A stretch of 62,555 nt of DNA, counting the filler, from Nemertoderma westbladi (lineage: Eukaryota; Animalia; Xenacoelomorpha): the NCBI GenBank assembly GCA_032718475.1. It is 3 parts of 3 records of this genome, joined end to end, with 100 filler letters (N's around TTAATTAATTAA, not from the genome) between each part and the next. Parts side by side here need not be neighbours in the genome. Positions count along the whole stretch, not along the records: positions 40,589 to 62,555 come from JAUCBJ010005146.1; 2 more parts are not named here. One strand, written 5' to 3'. A program made the position numbers and the translations under genes. This document shows, one piece after another, positions 62,483-62,555 of the stretch (the stretch's first letter is position 1; each line of letters begins with the position of its first letter). Below the pieces are notes generated by a model that was not told the origin of the DNA, did no database searches, and saw only the letters and a program-made list of their open reading frames with translations.

Positions 62483-62552
62483 GCACCTGCTAGGATTTGA
62501 ACACGGTATCTATCGAATGGCTGTCCAACGCATAACTGACTGTGCTAGGCTT
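62483..62552 (-). ncRNA. Degenerate tRNA-like sequence (tRNA pseudogene or SINE head)
   Basis: A-box-like TAGCACAGTCAG, B-box GTTCAAATCC and a T-run just downstream. Stems imperfect; lies at the window edge. Confidence 0.55.
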
Positions 62553-62555
62553 GGG

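Overview
This is AT-rich, repeat-dense eukaryotic DNA, most likely from an invertebrate animal. It is a scaffold with two artificial 100-bp gaps. It holds three apparently intact single-exon host-type genes: an ELMO-domain (ELMOD-like) protein at 23396-24454(-), a class I SAM methyltransferase at 39452-40123(+) and a 2248-aa spatacsin/SPG11 at 49685-56431(+). These sit among satellites, MITEs and decayed transposons (Kolobok, hATm-like, Helitron PIF1, THAP/P-element, several LINE fragments) and a C2H2 zinc-finger pseudogene. The most striking structure is a 3.66-kb composite element at 25632-29294. It has 24-bp TATGG...CCATA terminal inverted repeats, a perfect 6-bp target duplication (ATATAC; IS3EU-type ends) and two oppositely oriented arrays of a 22-bp palindrome. 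Between the arrays lies an uninterrupted non-LTR reverse-transcriptase frame, truncated inside its endonuclease domain and ending in an (AAATG)n tail, inserted one repeat unit from the fold-back axis. The element and its flanks occur twice as a ~4.9-kb tandem duplication with different array copy numbers, and a diverged RT of the same family follows. All family assignments come from motif recognition by eye, not from database searches.
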